DNA of 64,000 bases from Albugo candida (taxonomy: Eukaryota): positions 372,001 through 436,000 of the forward strand of contig JBDOQK010000008.1 in assembly GCA_040437565.1 (NCBI GenBank), in the 5' to 3' direction. The notes beneath the pieces are model-generated. The model did not search any database and was not told where the DNA came from. It was given only the letters and a program-made list of their open reading frames with translations. The position numbers were made by a program, and so were the translations under genes. Positions 1 through 12,080 of this stretch are shown here, in pieces (the first letter of the stretch is position 1; every line of letters starts with the position of its first letter).

Positions 1-3000
1 TTGTACGCATAGTCGTTGATCAGTAGCAAAACACATAGAAATGGACGGTGACCATAAGTAGCGTTAACATCCTAGCATTAATATACAAAGTAGCTTTTCC
101 AGCTGCCATTTTTACAATACAAGGATTCTACCTACTGTCGTTTGGCCACAAAATTTAGCAAGTGAGAAAGCGCCTGCATGATCAGAGTTGATAGTTCCAG
201 TATTTGATTCGAATTAGTTTTTTATGATTGCCTACCTTNNNNNNNNNNNNNNNNNNNNNNNNNNNNNNNNNNNNNNNNNNNNNNNNNNNNNNNNNNNNNN
301 NNNNNNNNNNNNNNNNNNNNNNNNNNNNNNNNNNNNNNAGCTGCCATTTTTACAATACAAGGATTCTACCTACTGTCGTTTGGCCACAAAATTTAGCAAG
401 TGAGAAAGCGCCTGCATGATCAGAGTTGATAGTTCCAGTATTTGATTCGAATTAGTTTTTTATGATTGCCTACCTTACTTGCATCGCTCCAAGAATTGAT
501 GGAGAAAAACACAGACCTACAGCATCTTATTGTTCTCCGCAATCACATAGCAGTAGTGAACTTCTTTAGTCCTTATTGCGCTGTAAAGCTCCTGATCAAA
601 ATCTGGAATGATAGTAGCAGAAAGATTGCATTTACTCGTGGCCTCACAGGAAAAAATTCTTAAATAATTTGCTGAAGTTTGTAGATTACGATAATGAGTT
701 ACCTTAATTCAATCCTTCCTAGAACGATTCCTTTTTAAGGTGCTGTGATAGTGAATACGTAGCATTCTCGCAAGGTGCTTATCAAATTGCGACATATCTT
801 ACTCCGTTGATGTCCATCGAAACTACAATTAACCATGATGTCCTAGGAATGCAAGGTTCCACATTCAAATGGTAGTTAGCTTGAAGAGCGATAAAGTGTA
901 TAATGTTCAAGCGAGGCCTTATTGATCTCCTTTCGGCACACGGTACTCGTACTTCGTAATGTAATCAGTAGCTAGCTGATCGTGGCTTGTGGTTGATGAA
1001 AACCGAAAAAGAGCATAAGAGTCTGCGGAACATGATGCTTCTAAGCGTCAACTAAACGAGTGCAAAAGGAGCAAAGGGACTTGGCTGGTGCAGAACACAT
1101 GCAAATGCGATGAGTGAGCGATGCACATGACCCGTATTGAGGACGATATGGACGATAAAAATGCTGTAGTTACCGTAACCTTCCTTGTGTGCGGATATCG
1201 TCATGAGAACTTTCGACTTGGGCGGCTCGGAACTATCGAAAACCTACTCTACTCCAGTTCTTATGTCGTACTTGCCAGTCGAATATCTTCATTCAGTTTA
1301 GTAAGCACAAAGCTAGCAATAGTAGAGTACGTGACTAAAGCAATCCAGACAGGGCACAAAACTAAGAGCGTTCATGTCAGTTTGATAAATTATCCGCTGC
1401 ATAATCAGACTGAAATGGGTATACAGAGATAGGTTACAGCGGCACTATGAGAATAGCTTATTTATGACTGAGCTATTATATAAACGCACAGAAAGAGAGA
1501 GCAGTGTGGGAGTAAGCTAAGGGTACGTCTAGAGTCGGTATCAAGATTGTTCGTCTTGTTTGTATTATGGGGTATTCTTTGTTTTTTTTGCGATAAATGG
1601 TGTGTATACGGAGTCAGTCAGACAAGCAGCAGGTGATCGCTTCTTGATACTAGAATTTACAGTGACTGGGTGGCTATAAAATATTCTAACCCTGCCCATC
1701 GTTGCTATATCTACTCTTTTGAGCCTCTGCGTACTATGTGCTGTGATAATTGCAAGTTGCTAAGCACATGCAAAATATACGTGCTTACATAATCGCAGAC
1801 ATCTTAGTAAGGGCAGATCTCATGAGTTTCTTCATAGCTCACACAATACAGCCAAATACATATTGAGTACGTGTTTCGATTGTATTTTTAGTATTGCTGC
1901 GCATAATTTTCCTGTTGTTGTCCACCTGGGAGATTCGCCAACTCTAATGGTTCAACTATGAAAATATGATCGTCCAGATCGTATTAATGTCCGCTCTACG
2001 TAGTCGGACATGATGATATGTAGGGCTGCCCATCAGAATGAAGTACTGGGATCGGTATCCTCAAAAACTCCCATATAAAACCGCAGCATTTGCACGTACT
2101 CCGTTATTTGAGATTTCATGTAAAGTTTGTGGGATGAGAGACTGAAAAAATGGATTCAAAGCTATCAAATTATTCAGTATGAGATTAATTGAAACGGATC
2201 AAATCGATTTGATCATCTTCCCATCATTTTAGCATGTATAGAAACCCACTAGCAGATTTCGGCGCGTCAGCGGCATCGGTCACGAGTCGATAATTTGGCG
2301 AGAAGACTGATTTACGTACGAGAAGAAGAAGAAAAAAGATCATTCGCAAAAGATTTAAAAATGCAAATTTAGTATCATGTCAGCAGAGAGTTGAAGAAGA
2401 ATGAATTATGAGAAAAGTTACATGAAAAGTCTAAGCCGGACGATCAATAACCTGCGAGTGGATACTGCAAGCTGGTCGAGATAGCAACTTATCGTTCTCC
2501 ATCAAGTGATCCGATGGTGAAATTCCATTGCGATGATGCACGAGAAAATCAAATCTACTACTTCACCTTATTATGCGGGTGCTCAGGGATGCGTTTCGTG
2601 GGAGAAAATTTCAAACAGTTCCAGGGCTTTTACCTCCTCGCTAGAGCATCCAAAAATACTGCCGATTTCTAACAAACGAACGAGGATCATCAAGCCGACC
2701 TGATGCGCAAAACGTACAGCAGATGCAATGGAAATAAACCCTGGACGTGCAGTCTCTTGTAATAGGAGCAATGAAGTCCCGAACCGCACAAGTAAGTTAT
2801 GCAACGAATAAGGGTTAGAAAGACTATCGACAAGAAATGGTATTTCCTAGTAGCTTTAGTCGGTTTCCAGGTAAAACTAATGATGATAATTCAGCGTATA
2901 TCGTCCACCACATACCATACACCTATATTACACAGTCAGAGCCCTGCCAAAAACTACGACAAAACTTACCCACCTGCGATCCGATAATCACAAGCATATG

Positions 3001-3935
3001 TGCTGGAGGAGTGTTTCTGGCTATTGCCTGATACATTCAACGAGCTGCGTACAAGCCATTCAACTTGATCACATCGTTATGGCAATAGACGTCAGAAATA
3101 TGATACATTTTATTGATAAAAACTTTGACTGCAGATGAGAATGTGAAGATTAACGAGAATGTTAACCCCACATCCTTCCACTACACTCACTTCGATCATA
3201 GCTAATCACGTTATCTTTCTAAAGCGAAATCTCTCGAGGGGCATAAGGCGTTTCATTTGCTTCTTGTATATCAAGCTTGGTGCAAGTGTAGAGCGAATCT
3301 CCAGCCTCACGCAGTAGGTATGTTCGGAAAGATATACTGGCTTACGGAAGAGGCCGTTGACATGAATCGCCGTCTTGGATCGCTGAGGCGATCACATTCT
3401 ACCGTTCAAAGTCGAATTTGCATCCCATTGTATCGTTAAACTCGCAGTTGCTGAACCTCCACTAAAACGTCGGAAGCCCATACTCAACAATAAGAGATCT
3501 ATAAGTCGGTAGGGCGAGAAAATGCGTGGGACTTTTTTGTATACTGGCGGTGATGGAGGCTTAAAAACTACTTGCCTTTGCCGTAGCTGAAGTGAGCGAC
3601 AAGTACAGCTCTCATATTTTGGAGAGTCTGTGACCTTCTCATTCGATACCGCCACTTTTTTTTAGCAGAGTTGAGCTCCCAGCGATGACGCCTTCCAGCT
3701 GTTCGGCTCGTATTGAGGGAAGTTCTGAAAGCTTCGTTATGGCTGATGAGCTGACCGAATGGATTCACAGATACGGCGAAGTCGCTTTCTTGCCCCGAGA
3801 CATTTTGGACGTTTTTCTAGCGATCTGCAGGTCTGGAATGATCTAATTATTCGGTCAGTAGTAATCTTCAGGCATTCAACGATCTTCAGCCCGTGAGAAA
3901 AAGTAACAGGAGAAACCTCTATATTGTACTATGAT

Positions 3936-5049
3936 TTAACTTGTTTGAACCATTCTTTCGTTGTAACGTGACGCCAGCATGGCTAAAGTTCTACTTTTTT
4001 GTTGGAAGGAATCTGGTAGCCGGTTAGACAGCCGATTCTCCCGAAAACTTGCCTCGCAAAGATATCGAAGTCTGTATATAGAAGCTGGAACGCACCCTTC
4101 TAAGGCATTATCGAACAGATAAAGATACCTCAAGTCTTCCAGTTGTCCGAGGCTTTCCGGTATGACTCCACTGAGTTCATTACTCGATAAATTCAGAAAT
4201 TCAAGTAATCTGCAGTTCCCTAATGATGACGGGATTGGGCCTAGGTGAACGTAAAATGAACACGGACATCAACAGAATCGATAACAGAATGCACCATTGA
4301 TCTCGTTATCCCGAAGTGAGAAGAAAATCAAAGATGTCAGACGGCCAATCTCCAGCGGAAGTGGTCCGCACAAGCAATTTCCACGCAGATTCAATTTCCT
4401 TAGTCGACGTAAATTGCATACTGCACTTGGTATTGAGCCGGAAAGACTATTGTACTGGAGTTGACATATTTTGAGCTGGATGAGCTGATCGATTTCTGAT
4501 GGTATGCAACCCGACAGAGAATTTTGGAATAGGTGCAGTTCTTCAAGACTTCTGCAACAGAATATTTCTGGTGGTATTTTCCCTGCATTCAAAACAGCAA
4601 ACAAAGCATCAAACGTTATAGAACTTGCGAGAGTAATCAAACATCTAAGTGCCTTGAAGGTCATTGCAGCTCAAGTTAAGAATTTTAAGTTTGGTCAAAG
4701 CACCCACTTCTAGCGGAACTTGACCAACAATTTGATTTTTGGACAAGTCTAACGCCCTCAGTTGTGTAAAGTTCCCAATAGACGATGGGATTACTCCTGT
4801 CCTAGCAGCAAGTCGTAGCACAAAAAGACCATTAAGAATTATGTTAGGCAAACCGTGCAAATTGTTAGCTGGCAACTCGATCGAGGTCACGTGACCAAGA
4901 GAAATTTCGATCCCGTGCCATCCCTCAGGTGAAGCATTGATATCTGTCCAACCTTCTCTGCGTCTCCATTTCTCCCCATTCAATTGCCTGAACAAGTCTA
5001 TCAATCCTTGGTACTCATTTTGGGGTATGGATGACTGTACTTGGCCCAT
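3936..5049 (-). CDS. Plant-type leucine-rich repeat protein with LRRNT-like cap and N-myristoylation motif (at least 4 exons; a further 3' exon to ~3568 is possible)
   Basis: Starts MGQVQSS, then a WTD...WHGIEISLGHVTSIELPANNLHG cap and repeats of LxxLxLxxNxLxGxIPxxIGxL across ORFs 4645-5049, 4269-4664 and 3936-4133. Introns at ~4797-4853, 4583-4652 and ~4241-4294. Confidence 0.85.
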
Positions 5050-5598
5050 TCGGAGACGTCACGATTATTACAGTGAACAAATTGCGACTACTTGAACGTA
5101 ATTACGACTTGTTCATTCATCCGTTACGCTGTGCGCTTAGTTATGGTGAACACGTTTATTTCTGGTTTGTTATCTTGGTTATGACGTCCGTAGTTTAGAT
5201 CCTTGGGAAAGTATTTAGTCTGTCCGACTTGGGTAAGATTGCATATAAAGGGTGTACAAGGTGTTGCTTTATCTCACTGTGTCTACATTACTCTTTGATA
5301 TCGCTCCCTCCGCATGGCCCGGATCTCTGCATATAAATTAGCCGTTCAAAATAGCTAAGTGACCGTGGTATAGTGCGCAGACTCATCCAGAATGAACTTG
5401 AAGGAGCCTTGTGTACAAATATGTATTTACCGTAGCTCTCCAATCAAGCGCTTCGCAATTGTCCTTTATCAATTCATGCCACAATTCAATCTTTAATCGT
5501 CACGGCGCATCCGCTGACGATAATTATCGGTTTACTTTCGCAGTAAAATTGTTCCTGAAGAATCGCAGAGAACAGCATTTATATTTGCGTTTTTTACA

Positions 5599-7474
5599 AT
5601 GGAATTGAGCGAATCACTGATTCGAGTTCCTTATGAGCACATAAATAAAAGCTTCCGATTAGTACAGAAACAGCTTACGAAACAGCTCCTAATTTTTTCA
5701 CAACAACTTGCGAATGATAGAAGTTTTCTTCGGTGCGAAGGCAATGGTTCAGATCATACAGTGATGTCGTTATTAGATAGTTTTGAGAACCAAATTAACT
5801 TGATGCGAGAAACCTTACACCAACGCAGCAAAGAACAAGAAGAAGCAATCGACTGTTGTATCCAACGTTTGCACCATCTTGAAGTATTGCAGGAAGAATT
5901 GAACAAACAGCAAGGCTTCAAGTCCACTAATTTTGAGTCGAGTTCATCAAAAATTGGTATCAACGGAAGTATTTGGAAAATACATGACCCAAGTCACCCA
6001 AATTTGAAAAGTCAAAGCCTACTTAACGATCGCCTTATAACAGATTACATGCTTTGTCGTGGCCATATGAGGAGTGCCGATATTCTACGTACCAGCAAAG
6101 GTTATTAACCACTGATTTTAATTGACGCTCACTAATTTTCAACTTTTAGATATCAAGCACTTGGTGGACTATGAAACTCACACTGAACTGCAAAATATTT
6201 TGCAGGATTTGCAAAATCATAAGTTGGCGAATGCGATTAATTGGTGTTTGGCTAATGGTTCACGCTTGAGGCGGCTGAAGCCACCTTCCATAATGGAATT
6301 TCAACTCAGGATGCAAGAGTTCATTGAACTTGTACGGCTCAAGGATAAGCTAAAGGCGGTAGAATATGCGCAGGAACTATTGACACCGCTTTTATTTCTG
6401 CAAGAAGACAAGATGGAGAGAGAAGTCGCTGCACGAGAGTTGCAAGAAGCGATGGCAACGCTGGCATATGAGGATCCTGAAAAGTGTGGGTTTGACTCTT
6501 ACCGTGATTTGTTTTCTTGCAAGAGATGGCAGTTACTACGAGAAAATTTCCGTAAAACTTTCTGGAGAGTTTACGGAATGAGTGACCCACCTCTTTTGTT
6601 GGTCGCCTTACACGCTGGTCTCTCTTCGCTGAATACACGTACCTGTCAGCAAATTAGAAGGGATCGCACTCTCTACGCCCTGGATATCATGCAGAAAGCA
6701 GAGAAGAAGCATAGACGTCATCGATTAAAGTCGAAGCACACCAGCATTATAGCAAATACGACGAAAGCTAGGATAAAAGAACAGCATTCAGCACAACAAA
6801 AGAACGAAGGTGAAAACCCTTGTAAAGATACACTAGAAGACACAAAAACTGGAAGTCGAGGTAATGCGTTCGCTCTGTACCTAGAGAACTCCCCGTCGAG
6901 TAAACGCATACGCGAAAGAAGACTGATGAGAATGTTGAAGAAGAGCTCACTGAAGAAGAAAGAACAAATCAGGACATGGAGGCTTAATGCCTCAGAAGAT
7001 TTATGTACCAACATATCCCTACTTAGGCCGATGAAATCAGACATTCCAGAGATTGAATTGATGAGAAAGTTGAACTGCGAAATAATTCCGAGGGTTATAA
7101 GATCTAGTGGAGCTTCCCGATATCACGATCTTGCAAGAGCTTTCGCCTCGATTCCATATTGCCCGACTTGCAGCGAGATTGGAGGAAAGCTATGTGAAAG
7201 CATTCCTTTCGCTCTTCGACCCCACTCAAGACTCATTTGTCGCATTACTGGTACTGTCATTAATGAGCACAATCCACCAATCGTGCTACCCAATGGATAC
7301 GTTTATAGTCACAATGCGATTACTCGTCTTATGATTTCTGGAGATCGAACATTATTATCTTCAACGAAAGGAGAAATCAAAAAGTGGAGTGAGTTGCCAA
7401 CAGGGAAGATCATTTGTCTTGAGACCAATCAGGAATACCTTCTCAGCGAGCTGAAACCCGTCTACATTATATAA
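5599..7474 (+). CDS. MAEA: MAEA/FYV10/GID9-like CTLH E3 ligase subunit (LisH-CTLH-CRA-degenerate RING)
   Basis: N-terminal LIRVPYEHINKSFRLVQK; LisH DRLITDYMLCRG; CTLH AINWCLANGSRLRR...EFQLRMQEFIELVR; C-terminal CPTC...HSRLICRITG...PPIVLPNGYVYS. Intron 6101-6149 (GT-AG) joins the two ORFs in frame. Confidence 0.9.
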
Positions 7475-7497
7475 ATAGTGTCACATCAACGTCCTAG

Positions 7498-10400
7498 TCA
7501 ATTGCATGGTGCATTTGGACAAGAATGCGTTGGTCGCTCGTCTGAGTTGTCTGTATGGGGACCATTACGCTTCGTGGATGTATTCGTGGTGGCGTGTGGT
7601 ACCCTAGTTTGATTGTTGATGATATGAAAAACAGTCGCATGCTGCAAATGCTGCTTCAAAATCTTCATGAAGTTGGTCGTAGCTGTTTCGCTAATTTCGC
7701 GTCTTTCTTCTTGGATAACAGCAAGATGCACTGCTGAATCTATCTGTGTGATGTAGTATTCTGCATTTGGTTGTTTCTCATTGTGGTGCACTCTGTTTGA
7801 CAGTGCAATTTAGTCAGGTTCAGTACCAGCAATGGCAATTCTTTACATGGATTCTCTTATTCTTTGGCGATTGTCTGTGATAAGGCTGATCAGGTTGGGC
7901 CAATGCTTCTTGGATTCTTTTCTTGGTGGATGTGTGAAGATTGCTGGCCACCGTTGTAGACCTTCGATCCGAAAAGACTCTTGTTGAGACTTTATTGTTC
8001 GCTCCTCTGCGCTATGCTCTAGCAGCTCATCCTTGTTGATTATTGGCTTTTTTGGACACGAGTAACCATTATTGTAATGACAAACATCTTGCTTTTCTAA
8101 TTGATCGGTTTCTAGAATCAGCACAATGCACGCACTATCACTGCTATCGTTTCGACGACAACGAGGGAGATAACAGCAGAATTTCAGATCATATACACTG
8201 GTACAAGACTTACCAGTTCCCAAGTGCCAGAAAAGATATAATCAATTGTAGGTANNNNNNNNNNNNNNNNNNNNNNNNNNNNNNNNNNNNNNNNNNNNNN
8301 NNNNNNNNNNNNNNNNNNNNNNNNNNNNNNNNNNNNNNNNNNNNNNNNNNNNNNCTCCTCTGCGCTATGCTCTAGCAGCTCATCCTTGTTGATTATTGGC
8401 TTTTTTGGACACGAGTAACCGTTATTGTAATGACAAACATCTTGCTTTTCTAATTGATCGGTTTCCAGAATCAGCACAATGCACGCACTATCACTGCTAT
8501 CGTTTCGACGACAACGAGGGAGATAACAGCAGAATTTCGAATCATACTCTGGTACAAGACTTACCAGTTCCCAAGTGCCAGAAAAGATATAATCAATTGT
8601 AGGTACCAAGCTGCTAGTGGATGATGAGAGGCTGTAATAAGACCCATCAAGGAGCCTTCTTCGCGCTTCTGTCGTCCATTTTCCAGCACATTCAACCACT
8701 TGTAGTTGTATAAAGAGAATTTGGCTATGAGCGAGCAATGAAACCTTTGTGCCCACTTCAAAATAGGTAAACGAGAAGGCTCAATGTTTCCATCTATGAT
8801 GGAGAGAAATGCGGTAGCGTAGCTCGGACCCAGTGGAGAAATATCTGAATTTGATAATGCTGAAAATGGGCTGATCAAACGGTCTAGTTTCGCTGCATTA
8901 GCCGATGAGACGGATGCCGAAGTAGAAGGAGATTCATGTTGCGACATTATTTCTCGCAATCGAACTGTCGTGGGCCTAGAGACCAGTGTGAAAAAGTTTC
9001 GATAAGCCGAAGCTCTAATTCCAGACCGAGGTTTTGCCATACTCGAAACTGAGTTACCTCTTCGCAAAGATACTGGCTTCGGCTTCTGTGATGGGCTGTA
9101 CCAAGTCACGAATGTGTGAGGTCAAGGCGAGAAGAGGCGAGCTTGCACTTGCCAAAGTTTTTCTTTGATATCTCCAGGTGCGCGGTGATAAAGATACTCA
9201 TCTAAAGGATGCATAATTCGGCTTTTTGTAATCATACATTGCTGGAGAGTTTGCGGGCTTGAGTCAGGTAAACTCAACCTCCGGGGAAGTACTTTTGGTC
9301 GTGGATCCACCAATCCGATTTTGGTTGATACCGATGAATCATCGGTCCAAGTACCGCAGAAAAGGTGATCCGATTTCATTTTAGGGTCAGAGTCTTCACA
9401 GGATGGCTTGTACTCTAAAGCTGTGAAGGTTTCTGGATCCTCCGTTTCTTTGTCCAGGTCAAGTGCAAATACATGTCGGTTCCATTTTTGCAATGCGAAT
9501 TTGACGCAATGGAGAGCTGAGATTGCTCGTACAGGATCATATGACGAGATGATCCTCTCACACTCCAGAGCAGTCTTCACCGTCTCCATCTCGTAGCTGA
9601 TAGACTCCCGTATCATACTAAGTGAAGGATGATCAATACACTCAAGTTGCTTATCTTTCTCGCCGATGCCATCCAAAATCTGTCCAGGTTTTGTAAAAGT
9701 TATCAAAGATGCAATAGTTGGGTGACTTTATCATACATCTTCATAGTTGTGGGGCGCTGATGCAGTCCCCAATGTACTATAGACCGTCACCATTCTTATT
9801 CGTAGCTAGGGGAGGATGGTGAGAATGTCAGATATACTAGCGTGTCCCAACAATTCAGTATTCACCTCACACAGCTTGACTAATTGATCAAAGAGTTTCT
9901 TGTAGTCNNNNNNNNNNNNNNNNNNNNNNNNNNNNNNNNNNNNNNNNNNNNNNNNNNNNNNNNNNNNNNNNNNNNNNNNNNNNNNNNNNNNNNNNNNNNN
10001 NNNNNNNTACTATAGACCGTCACCATTCTTATTCGTAGCTAGGGGAGGATGGTGAGAATGTCAGATATACTAGCGTGTCCCAACAATTCAGTATTCACCT
10101 CACACAGCTTGACTAATTGATCAAAGAGTTTCTTGTAGTCGCATAGGCGTAATTCAGTAGATAAATCTACTGGTTCACATTGTTGAGGGTCTATACCACA
10201 GTACGATTGAGCGGATCCATGATGACGTCTATCATAATAACCGAGATTCTAACCTTTTGAGCACCTTCCGGAAAAATCCTGCTTCGGTTCCATATGATAA
10301 GAAGTCACTTCTGTCCCAAATTGCTTTTCCCAGTGAGGCAGCGCGCTGTCAGTTCTCTTTGGTATGTGGTTGTCGACGTAAAGCCTAGTTTCGTCTTTCA

Positions 10401-10752
10401 AGTAATCACACAGCACGAGTATCTTCGTGTACAGTCGAATGATGGAGTCATTTGCTTCCTGCTGCGCCGATTTCAAATAGATCATTGTATGATATCTTAA
10501 GTGAATCTGTTCAATACATTATGCGATATTTGCAAGCTTTCATACGTGCTCTCACAAGCCGATATGAGTAGCAAAGCTGCTGCTAATGCATTCCAGCACT
10601 TCCATTCTTCCATAGAATGTTCTTTTTGCAACAGACTTGCTGCCTGATGATCAAATCTTAGCCCTGTGAGCTTACATCTACAGCATCCACACCTTCTGAT
10701 ATTGAAAACGCGAAATCGAGTCGAGAAACGCTGGCAAGTACGCATCATACAT
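7498..10752 (-). CDS. KICS2: KICSTOR subunit 2 (C12orf66/DUF2003) homolog, multi-exon
   Basis: Collinear motifs matching remembered C12orf66: FLDSISRFQYQK, WNALAAALLLISACESTYESL, DSIIRLYT, SLIAKFSLY, CIVLILE...NGYSCP, WPAIFTHP...HWPNLISLITD...YYITQID. Interrupted by two N-gaps; the 5' exon is duplicated at 11381-11552. Confidence 0.75.
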
Positions 10753-12080
10753 CTCTAAGAGCTGAATTTTCGTTGGAACTAATGGGAATAAAGAACTTAA
10801 AAACGAGCCACGAGACAAATTGCCGAGCGGAACGAAGTTTTCAATCTCTCTCATCCGCAACATTTTCGGGATCGCAACAGTGTCGCTTGACAGTATACCG
10901 CTTGGGATCGGATTGGTCAGATTGCGTTTATTTTACCGAATCAGGTCGTTATCATACAATAGACGCAAGTGCCAATCAATTAGAATGGAACTCTCACAAG
11001 TGCGACAGATTGAAGCACGAATCAAGCAGGATGTACGACATATCAATGGTATGAAATCACATGTATAAACTGACGAGGCCTGAAAACGGATTTCTTTTGT
11101 AATCAGAACTCTTCACATTGGAATCAATGCTACTTCAGACCAAAGACAAAGTGAGGAACACGCAAGTCTCTTTCATTTTGCTTAACAGACGAAATGTATC
11201 TCATTAGACGCTATTTACTGCATTGATGCACTCACTACGTCAGCTGTTCTTATTTTTTGCGCAAAAAGGAGACCTCCGCANNNNNNNNNNNNNNNNNNNN
11301 NNNNNNNNNNNNNNNNNNNNNNNNNNNNNNNNNNNNNNNNNNNNNNNNNNNNNNNNNNNNNNNNNNNNNNNNNNNNNNNNTGCTAATGCATTCCAGCACT
11401 TCCATTCTTCCATAGAATGTTCTTTTTGCAACAGACTTGCTGCCTGATGATCAAATCTTAGCCCTGTGAGCTTACATCTACAGCATCCACACCTTCTGAT
11501 ATTGAAAACGCGAAATCGAGTCGAGAAACGCTGGCAAGTACGCATCATACATCTCTAAGAGCTGAATTTTCGTTGGAACTAATGGGAATAAAGAACTTAA
11601 AAACGAGCCACGAGACAAATTGCCGAGCGGAACGAAGTTTTCAATCTCTCTCATCCGCAACATTTTCGGGATCGCAACAGTGTCGCTTGACAGTATACCG
11701 CTTGGGATCGGATTGGTCAGATTGCGTTTATTTTACCGAATCAGGTCGTTATCATACAATAGACGCAAGTGCCAATCAATTAGAATGGAACTCTCACAAG
11801 TGCGACAGATTGAAGCACGAATCAAGCAGGATGTACGACATATCAATGGTATGAAATCACATGTATAAACTGACGAGGCCTGAAAACGGATTTCTTTTGT
11901 AATCAGAACTCTTCACATTGGAATCAATGCTACTTCAGACCAAAGACAAAGTGAGGAACACGCAAGTCTCTTTCATTTTGCTTAACAGACGAAATGTATC
12001 TCATTAGACGCTATTTACTGCATTGATGCACTCACTACGTCAGCTGTTCTTATTTTTTGCGCAAAAAGGAGACCTCCGCA
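10581..12080. other. Assembly artefact: 700-bp sequence duplicated on both sides of a 100-N gap (one of eight such cases)
   Basis: 10581-11280 matches 11381-12080. The same pattern occurs at gaps 239-338, 8255-8354, 9908-10007, 16660-16759, 33224-33323, 45225-45324 and 57852-57951. Confidence 0.9.

Noticed and set aside
10581-12080. Real tandem duplications of KICS2/NOC4 5' ends (likewise GCP3, kelch and PGAM segments)
   Set aside because: Each repeat sits exactly across a 100-N gap, the signature of unmerged overlapping contig ends.
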